From positions 124,001-188,000 of the forward strand of contig CAYXJN010000003.1 in the NCBI GenBank assembly GCA_964464605.1: a stretch of DNA of 64,000 nucleotides. Reading direction: 5' to 3'. The DNA comes from an uncultured Ignavibacteriales bacterium (lineage in GTDB: Bacteria > Zixibacteria > MSB-5A5 > GN15 > FEB-12). Positions 40,033 through 49,442 of this stretch are shown one piece after another (position 1 is the stretch's first letter; every line of letters starts with the position of its first letter). A program made the position numbers and the translations under genes. The notes beneath the pieces are model-generated. The model had not been told where the DNA came from. It saw nothing but the letters and a program-made list of their open reading frames with translations, and ran no database searches.

Positions 40033-40572
40033 TTAAAATTCTCCGCCTTCTGAACTACCGCTATCGCGACGTGGTTCACGTGATTCATGATGTCCACCGT
40101 AATCACGATGTTCGCGCGGGGGTCTTCCACCACCGTCACGGTCTCCTCTGCCGCCGCCGTCGTAGTCTCGGCGTTCGAAACGGCCGCCACGACGCGGGCC
40201 ACGGCCGCGATGCTGCTCACCTTCGGCTGCGTCACCTTCCTGACCAAAGCCGAACGGATCAACCGGCTGTCCGATTTTTTCCCGTTCTCCTTCATACACA
40301 ACGGTCAAATGACGAATGTATGATTCCTGCAGATGGTAGTGCCGTTCAAGCGCGGTTAACAGGGTGTTTTCACCTTCGAAGGTGATAGTCGTGTAGTACC
40401 CGTGATTCAATCCGTTAATCGGATAGGCTAATTTCCGGGTGCCGACACGATCTTCATGCAGAATCTTGCCGGAGTTGGCAGTAATGAGCGAAGCGACTTC
40501 CTTTACTTGACCGTCGATAGTCGCGTCATCAGTCTGCGGGTTGACAATAAACGTTGTTTCGTAAATGCGCAT
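40033..40572 (-). CDS. rpsF: 30S ribosomal protein S6 with long charged C-terminal tail
   Basis: MRIYETTFI, GTRKLAYPI, GYY. Confidence 0.95.
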   Translation of the reverse strand: MRIYETTFIVNPQTDDATIDGQVKEVASLITANSGKILHEDRVGTRKLAYPINGLNHGYYTTITFEGENTLLTALERHYHLQESYIRHLTVVYEGEREKIGQPVDPFGFGQEGDAAEGEQHRGRGPRRGGRFERRDYDGGGRGDRDGGGRPPREHRDYGGHHESREPRRDSGSSEGGEF

Positions 40573-40648
40573 CAGGATTATCCTCCCTATGGACGTTGGG
40601 TTTGCTTACGGCTTGTCCGGGGATACGCGGCCGGTCAAGCAGGGTTAA
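40573..40648 (-). promoter_or_regulatory. Probable S6:S18-binding rpsF leader RNA
   Basis: Minus strand CCCTGCTT..GGCCGC...GTCCATAGGGAGG; CCCT can pair with AGGG at the SD, with an internal CCG. Confidence 0.55.
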
Positions 40649-41228
40649 TTATTCTGTTGTATTTGTTCATGGCGCTTTGCACACCGTGAACGGAAGCGAA
40701 TATAACAGCTTCGGCGGCGGTCTGCACCATCTTTTTTTGGATTTCCAACTCATTGCGGGAGAAGCGACTAAGAACAAAATCGGCTACGTCCTCCCCCTCC
40801 GGCAACGGCCCAATTCCCAGCCTGAGCCGGGCATAGTCGGTTGTTCCTAATTCTTCGCTTAGAGAGGCAAGCCCGTTGTGACCGCCATCTGAGCCGGACG
40901 GGCGGAACCGCAGACTGCCGATCGGCAGCGCAAAGTCATCGACAACCACCAATAATTTACTGAGTGGAATCTTTTCCCGCTCTAACAGATATTTGGCAGC
41001 TTTTCCGGACCGGTTCATGTAGGTTTGCGGCCACCCGAGCAAAACACGATCTCCCGTTTTGCTTACCGCCGTTTTGACTAAACGATGTTGCTTTTCAAAG
41101 ATGAAATTTTCGGATGCGATGAGATCAAGCACATCAAATCCAATATTATGCCGCGTACCGGTGTACTCCTCGCCGATATTGCCAAGCCCTAATATGAGAT
41201 AATGCGTAGTCGGTTGTACGATATCCAT
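40635..41228 (-). CDS. pth: Peptidyl-tRNA hydrolase
   Basis: GLGN, TRHNIGF, TYMNRSG, GGHNGL, RLRLGIG. Confidence 0.96.
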   Translation of the reverse strand: MDIVQPTTHYLILGLGNIGEEYTGTRHNIGFDVLDLIASENFIFEKQHRLVKTAVSKTGDRVLLGWPQTYMNRSGKAAKYLLEREKIPLSKLLVVVDDFALPIGSLRFRPSGSDGGHNGLASLSEELGTTDYARLRLGIGPLPEGEDVADFVLSRFSRNELEIQKKMVQTAAEAVIFASVHGVQSAMNKYNRIINPA

Positions 41229-42151
41229 TAGGTCGAAGACCTTTTACCGTTCATAAATTGCGATAAATAGACACCACCCAACACCAATGCGCCGCCGACA
41301 CCGGTTGCCCAGGTGAACGGCTCACCGAGATAGGGAATAGCCAGCGCGGTAGTGGCAAGCGGCTCTAAATACAAAAACATTCCGCTCTGGGTTGCGCCGA
41401 TTGTAGTAACCCCGATTTGCCAAAACCAGTTGGCGAGCACCATGCCGAAAAGAGCTAAGAACAGCAGAGCGATAATACCATCAGCCGGAAGCGAGACCAC
41501 TTTCGACCAGTCGCTCATAGTTATCATATACATCAAAAACAAAACCGTCGCCGGCCACATAGTGTGAAATGAAACCAAAATCGGATTCTGCTTTTTTGCG
41601 ACCGTTGTCACTAAAATCGAATACAATGACCAGGTAATAGTAGAACCAAGGATAATCCAGTCACCGATATTATTCAGCCAATCGATCGAATCGAATCTCC
41701 CTTTAGAGATAAGCAGAACAATCCCGACAGATGCGACCGCGATACCGATTGCAGTTCCTTTATGCAATTGCTCTTTTAACAGCAAACGGGACAAAAGCGC
41801 GATAGTCAGTGGTGTTACACCGATTATCCAGCCAGTATTGGTCGCGGTGGTAAAATGTAGTCCGGTAATTTGAATCAGTAAATGCCCTGCTAACAAAAAC
41901 GATGCGAACACCATCGTCCGCATCCCTTCCCCCTTGAAATCTATCTGTAATTTCATGAAGCGAATCATCAAAAAGAGAAACGGTAACCCGATGATATAGC
42001 GCATCGCCAGAAGCTCGACGCTGCCAAGATATTGCAGACAGATTTTGGTGGCGACAAAAGTCCAGCCCCAGATTACTATCGCGATGAGAAGGAGAAGTCG
42101 GGCGGTTGAAACGGAAGTTGTTTTTCCTGCTGCCATAGCAACAGATACCAA
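41228..42151 (-). CDS. DMT/EamA family transporter
   Basis: IWGWTF, about 10 TM, YLEPL; start may be ATG 42136. Confidence 0.88.
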   Translation of the reverse strand: MVSVAMAAGKTTSVSTARLLLLIAIVIWGWTFVATKICLQYLGSVELLAMRYIIGLPFLFLMIRFMKLQIDFKGEGMRTMVFASFLLAGHLLIQITGLHFTTATNTGWIIGVTPLTIALLSRLLLKEQLHKGTAIGIAVASVGIVLLISKGRFDSIDWLNNIGDWIILGSTITWSLYSILVTTVAKKQNPILVSFHTMWPATVLFLMYMITMSDWSKVVSLPADGIIALLFLALFGMVLANWFWQIGVTTIGATQSGMFLYLEPLATTALAIPYLGEPFTWATGVGGALVLGGVYLSQFMNGKRSST

Positions 42152-42189
42152 AAAGCTATGAGCGGAACAACTAAATATTCAGAAAATTA

Positions 42190-44409
42190 TTATTCGAATC
42201 GGGACGGCTGTTTTGCCAGCCGAGCGGAGTTTAGAACGACGAACAATGAGGAAAAAGCCATCGCTCCGGCAGCGACCATCGGAGAAAGTGTCCAGCCAAA
42301 GAGCGGGTAAAAAAGACCGGCGGCTAACGGAATCGCCAGTACATTATAGATAAACGCCCAAAAGAGATTTTGTTTGATCGTTTTCACCGTTAATGAAGCC
42401 AACTCGAAGGCGCGCCGCACTAATTGCAAATCCGAACCGGCTAACAGAATGTCGGCTGATTCTTTGGCAATATCGGTTCCGCTACCGACGGCGATGCCGA
42501 CTGTTGCAGCGGCCAGAGCAGGGGCATCGTTGATGCCATCCCCCACCATCGCCACTTTCATTCCGGAACGTTCGAGAGTATCCACGATCGTCTTTTTCCC
42601 GTCCGGTTTCACTTCGTACGCGATATGCGCAATGCCGATAGCATCCGCAACCCCTTGTACGGTTTTGTAAGAATCTCCGGAAACGAGCATGACGCGCTGC
42701 ATACGGGCATTAAACCATTTGACAATTTCGGCTGATTCAGTACGAACCCGATCCGCGAAGGAAACAATACCGCAGAGTTTTTCATTTCGTGAAACAAAAA
42801 CAACTGTGCGTGCTTTTTCCAAATCCGTAGCGCAGTCAAGCCGTGCTTCACTCACGCCGATACCTGCTTCCTCCAAAAATGCTCGATTACCGATACGAAT
42901 AGTATCTGTACCAACTTTAGCTAATACGCCGCGTCCGGGGATTGTTTCCACGCGCTGTACCTCGGCAGGCACAAGATTGCGGAGCCTGGCTGCTTCTACG
43001 ATTGCAGAGCCGAGTTGATGTTCCGACTTACTTTCGATTCCGGCGGCAAGACTCAGTAACGTGTTATCATCAATACCGTTGTACGTATGAATCTCTTTGA
43101 CTTCAAATTCACCGCGCGTGAGGGTACCGGTTTTATCAAAGACTAATGTATCAACAGTCGTCAACCTTTCGATAATATCACCACCCCGAAAAATAATCCC
43201 GGCTTTTGCGGCACGATTACTTCCCGCCAAAATAGCCGTCGGCGTTGCCAACCCTAATGCGCACGGACATGCGATAATGAGAACAGAAATAACAGAGCTG
43301 ATAAGATGCGGACTGTCCGGCGCCAACCAATACCAGAGCAAACCGGTAGTAAGCGCGATACCGAGCACAATCGGCACAAAGATTCCGGCGACCTTGTCGG
43401 CGAGACGCTGTATAGCTGGTTTCCCCACTTGCGCTTCAGTGACCATCCGGACGACATGAGCAAGGAAACTGTCTGACGGTTCAGTAGTAACTTTGAAGGT
43501 AAACGGGAAATTCCCGTTCACTGATCCGCCGATTACCGTATCGCCGGATTTTTTCTCGACCGGTAATGCTTCACCGGTAACCATCGATTCATCTAAAGCG
43601 GTATATCCATCGGTGATGACACCATCTGCAGGGATGCGCTCCCCCGCCTTCACTAACACCAGCATTCCCGGTTTCAGTGTTGCTGAATCAATAGCAATTT
43701 CGACACCGTTAATAATTGCCGTCGCGGTCGGCGGTCGCAAAGCGAGCAGTTCTTTCACTGCCTGTCCAGCACCCTGTTTGGTGTGCGCTTCAATATATCG
43801 CCCGAGCAAAATCAGTGTGATAATGACAGCAGCTGATTCAAAATAATAATGCGCTTCATGCGATTGATGCTGAAACATTACGATAAACTGATAGACACTC
43901 CATCCAAATGCCGCCAGTGAACCAAGCGAGATAAGACTGTTCATGTTCGCTTGCAAATGTCTGGTTTGGTTCCAGGCATCAGCTAGAATCGAACGTCCCG
44001 CTACAAATATCACAAAGAATGTTCCGACTAATTGCAGTGTGCCACTCCATAGTGGTAGAATAGGTAACGACATCACAAGCATCGGCACCATTGCGAGCAA
44101 CACAATGGGAATAGTTAAGAGTAGCGAGAGAATAAAATTGCGCTTTGCTGCTGCTGTTTCTTCGGCCGCTTTTTCAAGCGGATCTGCTGAACCCTCACTT
44201 GCGCCATACCCCAGTCTGCCAATTGTTTCGATAATCGTATCGGCTGAGGTCGTTTTCGGTTCGAACGCAACGGTTGCCGATGAGGTAAGCAAATTCACCG
44301 CACATGTTTTGACACCGGGAAGTTTTTTCAGGCCACGCTCAATAGTCGCGACACACCCGGCACAGTGCATCCCTTGAATCTGCAGCGTTACTTGATCCGG
44401 TTTACTCAT
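42190..44409 (-). CDS. copA: Cu(I)-translocating P1B-type ATPase
   Basis: GMHCAGC metal-binding domain, TGE, CPCALG, DKTGT, GDGIND, YN and MAFSS. Confidence 0.9.
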   Translation of the reverse strand: MSKPDQVTLQIQGMHCAGCVATIERGLKKLPGVKTCAVNLLTSSATVAFEPKTTSADTIIETIGRLGYGASEGSADPLEKAAEETAAAKRNFILSLLLTIPIVLLAMVPMLVMSLPILPLWSGTLQLVGTFFVIFVAGRSILADAWNQTRHLQANMNSLISLGSLAAFGWSVYQFIVMFQHQSHEAHYYFESAAVIITLILLGRYIEAHTKQGAGQAVKELLALRPPTATAIINGVEIAIDSATLKPGMLVLVKAGERIPADGVITDGYTALDESMVTGEALPVEKKSGDTVIGGSVNGNFPFTFKVTTEPSDSFLAHVVRMVTEAQVGKPAIQRLADKVAGIFVPIVLGIALTTGLLWYWLAPDSPHLISSVISVLIIACPCALGLATPTAILAGSNRAAKAGIIFRGGDIIERLTTVDTLVFDKTGTLTRGEFEVKEIHTYNGIDDNTLLSLAAGIESKSEHQLGSAIVEAARLRNLVPAEVQRVETIPGRGVLAKVGTDTIRIGNRAFLEEAGIGVSEARLDCATDLEKARTVVFVSRNEKLCGIVSFADRVRTESAEIVKWFNARMQRVMLVSGDSYKTVQGVADAIGIAHIAYEVKPDGKKTIVDTLERSGMKVAMVGDGINDAPALAAATVGIAVGSGTDIAKESADILLAGSDLQLVRRAFELASLTVKTIKQNLFWAFIYNVLAIPLAAGLFYPLFGWTLSPMVAAGAMAFSSLFVVLNSARLAKQPSRFE

Positions 44410-44483
44410 ACCCTATCGTAACAACGGAATATCCGGGAAGTTCTTGGAATGTCATGCGGGAAAAGATACGAAAGAAAGAGCGG

Positions 44484-45128
44484 TTATTTAACCCCAAAAG
44501 AGAATAAAAGTTCCGGGCAACGGCGGCGCAGCTCCTTGCGAACAATCATCCGCGCCTGATGCAAATGCCAGCGGGCGGTTGGCTCCGGAATGTTCATTTC
44601 ATCGGTCATTGCTTCGATTGAGCTGCCAATAACATCCCGCAAGTACAGTGCCTGTTTCTGCTTTGCTTTTAAGCGGAAGGCGGCCTGTGTAACATGACCA
44701 CGAAGGCGAATCCGCTCAAGCGTATTGCCATTTTCTCTGTAGACCAGGCTTGATTCATCGATATCAACCAACGATCCATGTTTATGCCGCTTATTGCTGC
44801 GTTTGAAATCAATCGCGGTGTTTACGGTTATCCGATACAACCAGGTCATGAACGGTTTACTGCTATCATATAAATGCAGATTCCCCCAAACTTTCAAAAA
44901 GGTTAGTTGGGCAATGTCTGCCGCATCATCCGGGTTATTGACGACCCGCAGAGCCAGCGCTCTGACCGGAATCCGTATCCTGCGTATCAGTTCGCTGAAG
45001 GCAGCCTGATCCCCTATTCTGCTCAATACAATAAGGTCTACCATCTCCGTTTTGCGGAGATAGGAATTGGATAAACCGGCCGTTTCCGGCTGACTTTCAT
45101 GCTGAATCTGCTCTACAACCGTTGGCAT
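44484..45128 (-). CDS. ECF-type RNA polymerase sigma factor
   Basis: GDQAAF, DAADIAQ, FMTWLYRITVN, region-4 HTH. Confidence 0.88.
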   Translation of the reverse strand: MPTVVEQIQHESQPETAGLSNSYLRKTEMVDLIVLSRIGDQAAFSELIRRIRIPVRALALRVVNNPDDAADIAQLTFLKVWGNLHLYDSSKPFMTWLYRITVNTAIDFKRSNKRHKHGSLVDIDESSLVYRENGNTLERIRLRGHVTQAAFRLKAKQKQALYLRDVIGSSIEAMTDEMNIPEPTARWHLHQARMIVRKELRRRCPELLFSFGVK

Positions 45129-45236
45129 CGCTCGTACTTTTTTTCACAAGCCTTTGCCTATTATAACGGGTTAAACAAAAGAAAGTTCCCCTTTTTAGTG
45201 GGTTACTTCAAAATCAGCTATTTAGCTGCTGGAGAA

Positions 45237-46139
45237 TTAATTCAGATTCAGGATGAACTGAGTCGGATTAACCGGTTTGCCGTTTTTCACTACTTCATAG
45301 TGCAAGTGCGGTCCGGTCGAATACCCGGTAGAACCCATCAATCCGATAACATCGCCGCGGGATACCCGGTCTCCCCGTTTCACTTTGATCTTGGAAAGAT
45401 GGAAATAATGCGTTTCGAGTCCGTAGCCATGATCGATAGTCACGTACTGGCCATGGCCGCCGTCGATACCGGCGCCGGAGACAATACCATAGGCCGATGA
45501 GACAATCTGTGTTCCGACCCGGTTGGCAATATCCATACCATTATGCATCTGGTATTTGCCAGTGAACGGATCGATCTTCATACCGAATCCACGGCTCATA
45601 TAACCGGTGGTCGGGCAAATGGACGGGGTATGGTCAAGCTGCTGTTTTTTGGCTAAGACAGCTTTTTCCACTTCGTCTAACTTTTGCACTTCGAATTGGG
45701 AAATCCGGGCGAGGTGTTCGATTTTCTGCCCGGCTAAAAGCGCTAACTGACGGTTCTCGCTCCAGTCCGGCGGGATATTGGACATCGGACCGCCGACCCC
45801 CAACTGACGCTGGCCAAGGTCGACTTCCGGCAATCCGAAAACTGCGCGGATAGCTATTTCTTTCTCCATAAGGTCATTGAAGTTTCCTTCTACTTCGGCC
45901 AAACGGGCCTGAAGTTTCTGGTACCGCTCCTTTAATTCAGCTGATTCAGCCCGGAGCGATTCAAGCTCCAAGCGGGCGACTTTCTGGGAAAAGAAAGAAG
46001 CTGTCATAAACAGGCTGCAGACCAAAAAGGCGGCAATACCAAAGACAGTAATATGAAGATATTTTTTCGGGATATTAATATGAGCGAGCTGACCCATCCG
46101 TTTCGAGATGAAGGTCAGGCGTACCTTATCGTACCACAT
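45237..46139 (-). CDS. M23 family metallopeptidase with TM and coiled coil
   Basis: HNGMDIA, YFHL, STGPHLHYEV; probable start 46139. Confidence 0.9.
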   Translation of the reverse strand: MWYDKVRLTFISKRMGQLAHINIPKKYLHITVFGIAAFLVCSLFMTASFFSQKVARLELESLRAESAELKERYQKLQARLAEVEGNFNDLMEKEIAIRAVFGLPEVDLGQRQLGVGGPMSNIPPDWSENRQLALLAGQKIEHLARISQFEVQKLDEVEKAVLAKKQQLDHTPSICPTTGYMSRGFGMKIDPFTGKYQMHNGMDIANRVGTQIVSSAYGIVSGAGIDGGHGQYVTIDHGYGLETHYFHLSKIKVKRGDRVSRGDVIGLMGSTGYSTGPHLHYEVVKNGKPVNPTQFILNLN

Positions 46140-46292
46140 CGTATTTCCTATATCGGCTTCAGGTTCCAATTTTGAACACAAGAAATGGAATAGAGCCCAC
46201 ACCATCCTTGTAATTGGCCGAAAGAAAGTCACCCGGTTGTCCATTGTCAAGCCTAAATTAGGAGACCGTTAATAAATATAACTCGTTGGGAT

Positions 46293-46439
46293 TTATTTGA
46301 TTAGGACATATTCTTGCTTCAGGATCTTGTTCACGATCCGGGCAAGCTTGTCCCCTTCAAGAGTCTGCAAACTGTATAAATGCCAATAGGTTTTCTTGGG
46401 TAAGCCTATTGAAGTCCGTTTTTTCTTCTCGTTTGCCAT
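46293..46439 (-). CDS. Unannotated 48-aa basic ribbon-helix-helix-like protein
   Basis: MANEKKKRTSIGLPKKTYWHLYSLQTLEGDKLARIVNKILKQEYVLIK with a GGGAGG SD. Confidence 0.55.
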   Translation of the reverse strand: MANEKKKRTSIGLPKKTYWHLYSLQTLEGDKLARIVNKILKQEYVLIK

Positions 46440-46771
46440 AAAAACCTCCCGATTACTCATTTTCCAGAGAGACCAATTTTCGGTTTCCGCTGGAGGCTCG
46501 TTTTAGTGTTCCTGCTGACAAATGACAATGCAGAGAGCATGCCCAAACGAAAAAGAGTATTTGAACGACCATAATTTACCTTAACTGGTTGTTTTTCAAT
46601 CGATTGCGAATTTCCGTGCAGTGTTTCAACATGGACATGAATAGGGGGAGTGCGCAATAACCTTGCATCTCCCCCATACTTTTGATTCAAAATCGGGCAG
46701 AGGGGCACTTCAACGTTTGACCAAACTGGAGATAAGCAATAGCTTCTCAAAAAATCAGGAGACCAAATATC

Positions 46772-47533
46772 GTGACGAACATGAAAGACGAAATCGTTTG
46801 CGTCACCGGAGCCTCATCCGGTATCGGGGCAGCCTGCGCAAAAAAATTTTCCGAGGCAGGCGCCAAGATAATCGCCGTCGCCCGCCGGGCTGACCGGCTG
46901 AAACAGGTAACCGGTTCACTACCTTCCCCCGTTCATTCCATTATTCTGGACGTACGCAACCAACCAGAAGTCGAAAGAACTTTCAGTTCTTTACCTGCCG
47001 AGTGGGCTAATATAGATGTGTTAGTCAACAACGCCGGTCTTGGCCGCGGGCTTGAAAAAATTTATGAAGGGAGTATCGATAACTGGAACGAAATGATCGA
47101 TACGAACATCAAAGGGCTGTTATATGTATCCCGTGCAATTATTCCCGGAATGGTAAAACGAAATTCCGGACATATCATTAATATCGGTTCGATCGCCGGG
47201 CATGAAGTTTACCCGAATGGCAATGTCTACTGCGCAACAAAACATGCCGTCGATGCGCTCACCAAAGGGATGCGGATCGATTTAGTTGACACGCCGATCC
47301 GGGTTTCTACGATCGATCCCGGTTTGGTTGAAACTGAATTTTCAATCGTCCGTTTCCGCGGTGACACAGAGCGGGCGAAAAAAACATATCAGGGATATCA
47401 GCCGTTAGTCGGTGATGATATTGCCGATACGGCGCTTTGGATAGCCTCCCGCCCGCCGCACGTACAGATTGCGGAAGTTATAATCTTCCCGACCGCACAG
47501 GCCTCTACCATGGTTCTCAACAAACAGGCATAA
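46772..47533 (+). CDS. YdfG-like NADP-dependent SDR
   Basis: TGASSGIG, NNAG, YCATK, DPGLVETEFS.VRF. Confidence 0.9.
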   Translation: MTNMKDEIVCVTGASSGIGAACAKKFSEAGAKIIAVARRADRLKQVTGSLPSPVHSIILDVRNQPEVERTFSSLPAEWANIDVLVNNAGLGRGLEKIYEGSIDNWNEMIDTNIKGLLYVSRAIIPGMVKRNSGHIINIGSIAGHEVYPNGNVYCATKHAVDALTKGMRIDLVDTPIRVSTIDPGLVETEFSIVRFRGDTERAKKTYQGYQPLVGDDIADTALWIASRPPHVQIAEVIIFPTAQASTMVLNKQA

Positions 47534-47534
47534 G

Positions 47535-48056
47535 ATGGACAGCAAAGCGAATACAACACCGGCTGAAACAATTGCGATCACCAATGCAGTTGATCTTTGG
47601 GAAACCGTTCGCGGATGGGTGCAAAACGGCATTAAAGATATGACCCGCGAAGAATTATTAACGCGCCTGGGACCGGAACGGAACCATGCCTGGTGGCTGT
47701 TTGGACATATAGTAGTTTGCACTGATATCGGCAAGTATCTGCAGAGTTCTGTTCATCGCAATGTACCGGAAGCATGGGAGCAGCATTTTGCCATGCGCAC
47801 CAAGCCGTCTGATACCGGTGACGGTTATCCGGACAAAGAAGCGCTCATCACGCAGTTTCAAACGAATATCGACGCCACAGTCGCAGCGACCAGACACATG
47901 AGTGATGCGAATTTCGCCGATGCACCCGCTATCGAATTACCCGCACCATTGAACAAATATTTTAAAACGAAACGGGAAGTGATAAGCGGATTCGCAACAC
48001 ATGCCTCGTATCACGCCGGGCAGATCGCGATTATCCGGAAGATGCTCGGCCGCTAA
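47535..48056 (+). CDS. DinB family protein
   Basis: NHAWWLFGH, HASYHAGQI. Confidence 0.85.
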   Translation: MDSKANTTPAETIAITNAVDLWETVRGWVQNGIKDMTREELLTRLGPERNHAWWLFGHIVVCTDIGKYLQSSVHRNVPEAWEQHFAMRTKPSDTGDGYPDKEALITQFQTNIDATVAATRHMSDANFADAPAIELPAPLNKYFKTKREVISGFATHASYHAGQIAIIRKMLGR

Positions 48057-48466
48057 GGGGACGACGTCCCCTTATTTTTTGGCCATTGGCAGGAGTCGTA
48101 CTTGCCGAACAATTTGTAGCGGTTGTTGGCAACGATATCATATAACCAATCCCGAATAACCCCGGGCAGTATTCGCTGCCACGACAACAACGACCAGATT
48201 CCGCCGATTGTCTGCCAGATGCGAATAGTCGCATCCGATTTACGCAGCAGCTTGTTATCCGCTATAACCAGCACCGACTCATTCTCTTCAGGCAACACCT
48301 GAAACGGACGGAGTGCTTGTGCTCCTTCATCCGACTGCCGCGGCAGTAGCGTAATCCGGTTTTCTGAATCATGCGTTTCGATAAACCGCACGATTCGATA
48401 GCAGAACCCGCAGTAGCCATCGTACACAACGGTGATTCGCTGAATAGTCGATGAATCATTACTCAT
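48053..48466 (-). CDS. DCC1-like thiol-disulfide oxidoreductase (DUF393)
   Basis: YDGYCGFC, RDWLYDIVANNRYKLFG. Confidence 0.9.
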   Translation of the reverse strand: MSNDSSTIQRITVVYDGYCGFCYRIVRFIETHDSENRITLLPRQSDEGAQALRPFQVLPEENESVLVIADNKLLRKSDATIRIWQTIGGIWSLLSWQRILPGVIRDWLYDIVANNRYKLFGKYDSCQWPKNKGTSSP

Positions 48467-48486
48467 CGTAATAGACTTGAACTTGT

Positions 48487-49380
48487 TTACGCGGTTTTGG
48501 TCGGTCGGCGGCTGTAAAGCACAAGCAGAACGCTGAGCAAAATGAGCATAGTCCCGGGAATGACCATCCCCGTGAATTCCTCATCGAAAAACAGAACGCC
48601 GATAAAAATAGCCACGAGCGGTATGACAAAGGCGGTTAACGAAATTACTACAGCCCGCAGTTTGGTTAACAGCCAGTAGTAGCACAAAAAAGCGACTACC
48701 GTTCCGATTACCGCAAGGTACAGAATCGTACCGACAGTCAACGGTGACAACGTCACCTGCGACCAGTCTTCCATCAACGGTGTTAGGAGCAACATCGGGA
48801 TTAAACCGAAAAACATCTGCACCCCGACTGTCACCAGCACGTTCGGCGGGGGAGTAGTCGTGATATTCGATTGGCGCCGTTTAATGATCGTTGTGGCAAC
48901 AGCCGAGGCAAAGGCGCCGATAATCGCGAACAGTGATCCATAAAATGACCAGCTGGAATGCTTTAACTGATCATACGATATCAGCACAATACCCAAAAAG
49001 CCGCAGAGCAATCCGATCCATCCCACCGCACGAATACGTTCTCCCGGTAAAAACCAGATCGACAACATCGCGATATTAAGTGGTATCGATGCATACAACA
49101 CCGCTGTGAGCGCAGAACTGATATACTGCTCTGCGTGATAGGTCCCGAAATAGGTAACCGCAAACATGAATATGCCCGGATATCCAAGATACCAGAGTTC
49201 TTTGAGCGTGGACGGATATTTGAATCCTTTAATAAGAACGATCAGATTGACAATTACTGTTGCTAAAACAAAGCGCAGCAATAGCGTGTACATGGGCGGA
49301 GAGTCTTGAAGACCGAGCTTGATGGCAATCCATGTCGACCCCCAGATCAAACAGAGGAGGATAAATGTCAAAAGCCTCAT
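48487..49380 (-). CDS. DMT/EamA family transporter
   Basis: IWGSTW, about 10 TM. Confidence 0.88.
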   Translation of the reverse strand: MRLLTFILLCLIWGSTWIAIKLGLQDSPPMYTLLLRFVLATVIVNLIVLIKGFKYPSTLKELWYLGYPGIFMFAVTYFGTYHAEQYISSALTAVLYASIPLNIAMLSIWFLPGERIRAVGWIGLLCGFLGIVLISYDQLKHSSWSFYGSLFAIIGAFASAVATTIIKRRQSNITTTPPPNVLVTVGVQMFFGLIPMLLLTPLMEDWSQVTLSPLTVGTILYLAVIGTVVAFLCYYWLLTKLRAVVISLTAFVIPLVAIFIGVLFFDEEFTGMVIPGTMLILLSVLLVLYSRRPTKTA

Positions 49381-49442
49381 AGCCGGTGAATAACTCGTAT
49401 TTTTAGTCGCAAGTCAATATCACCGGCTTGGCATCATGCAGC

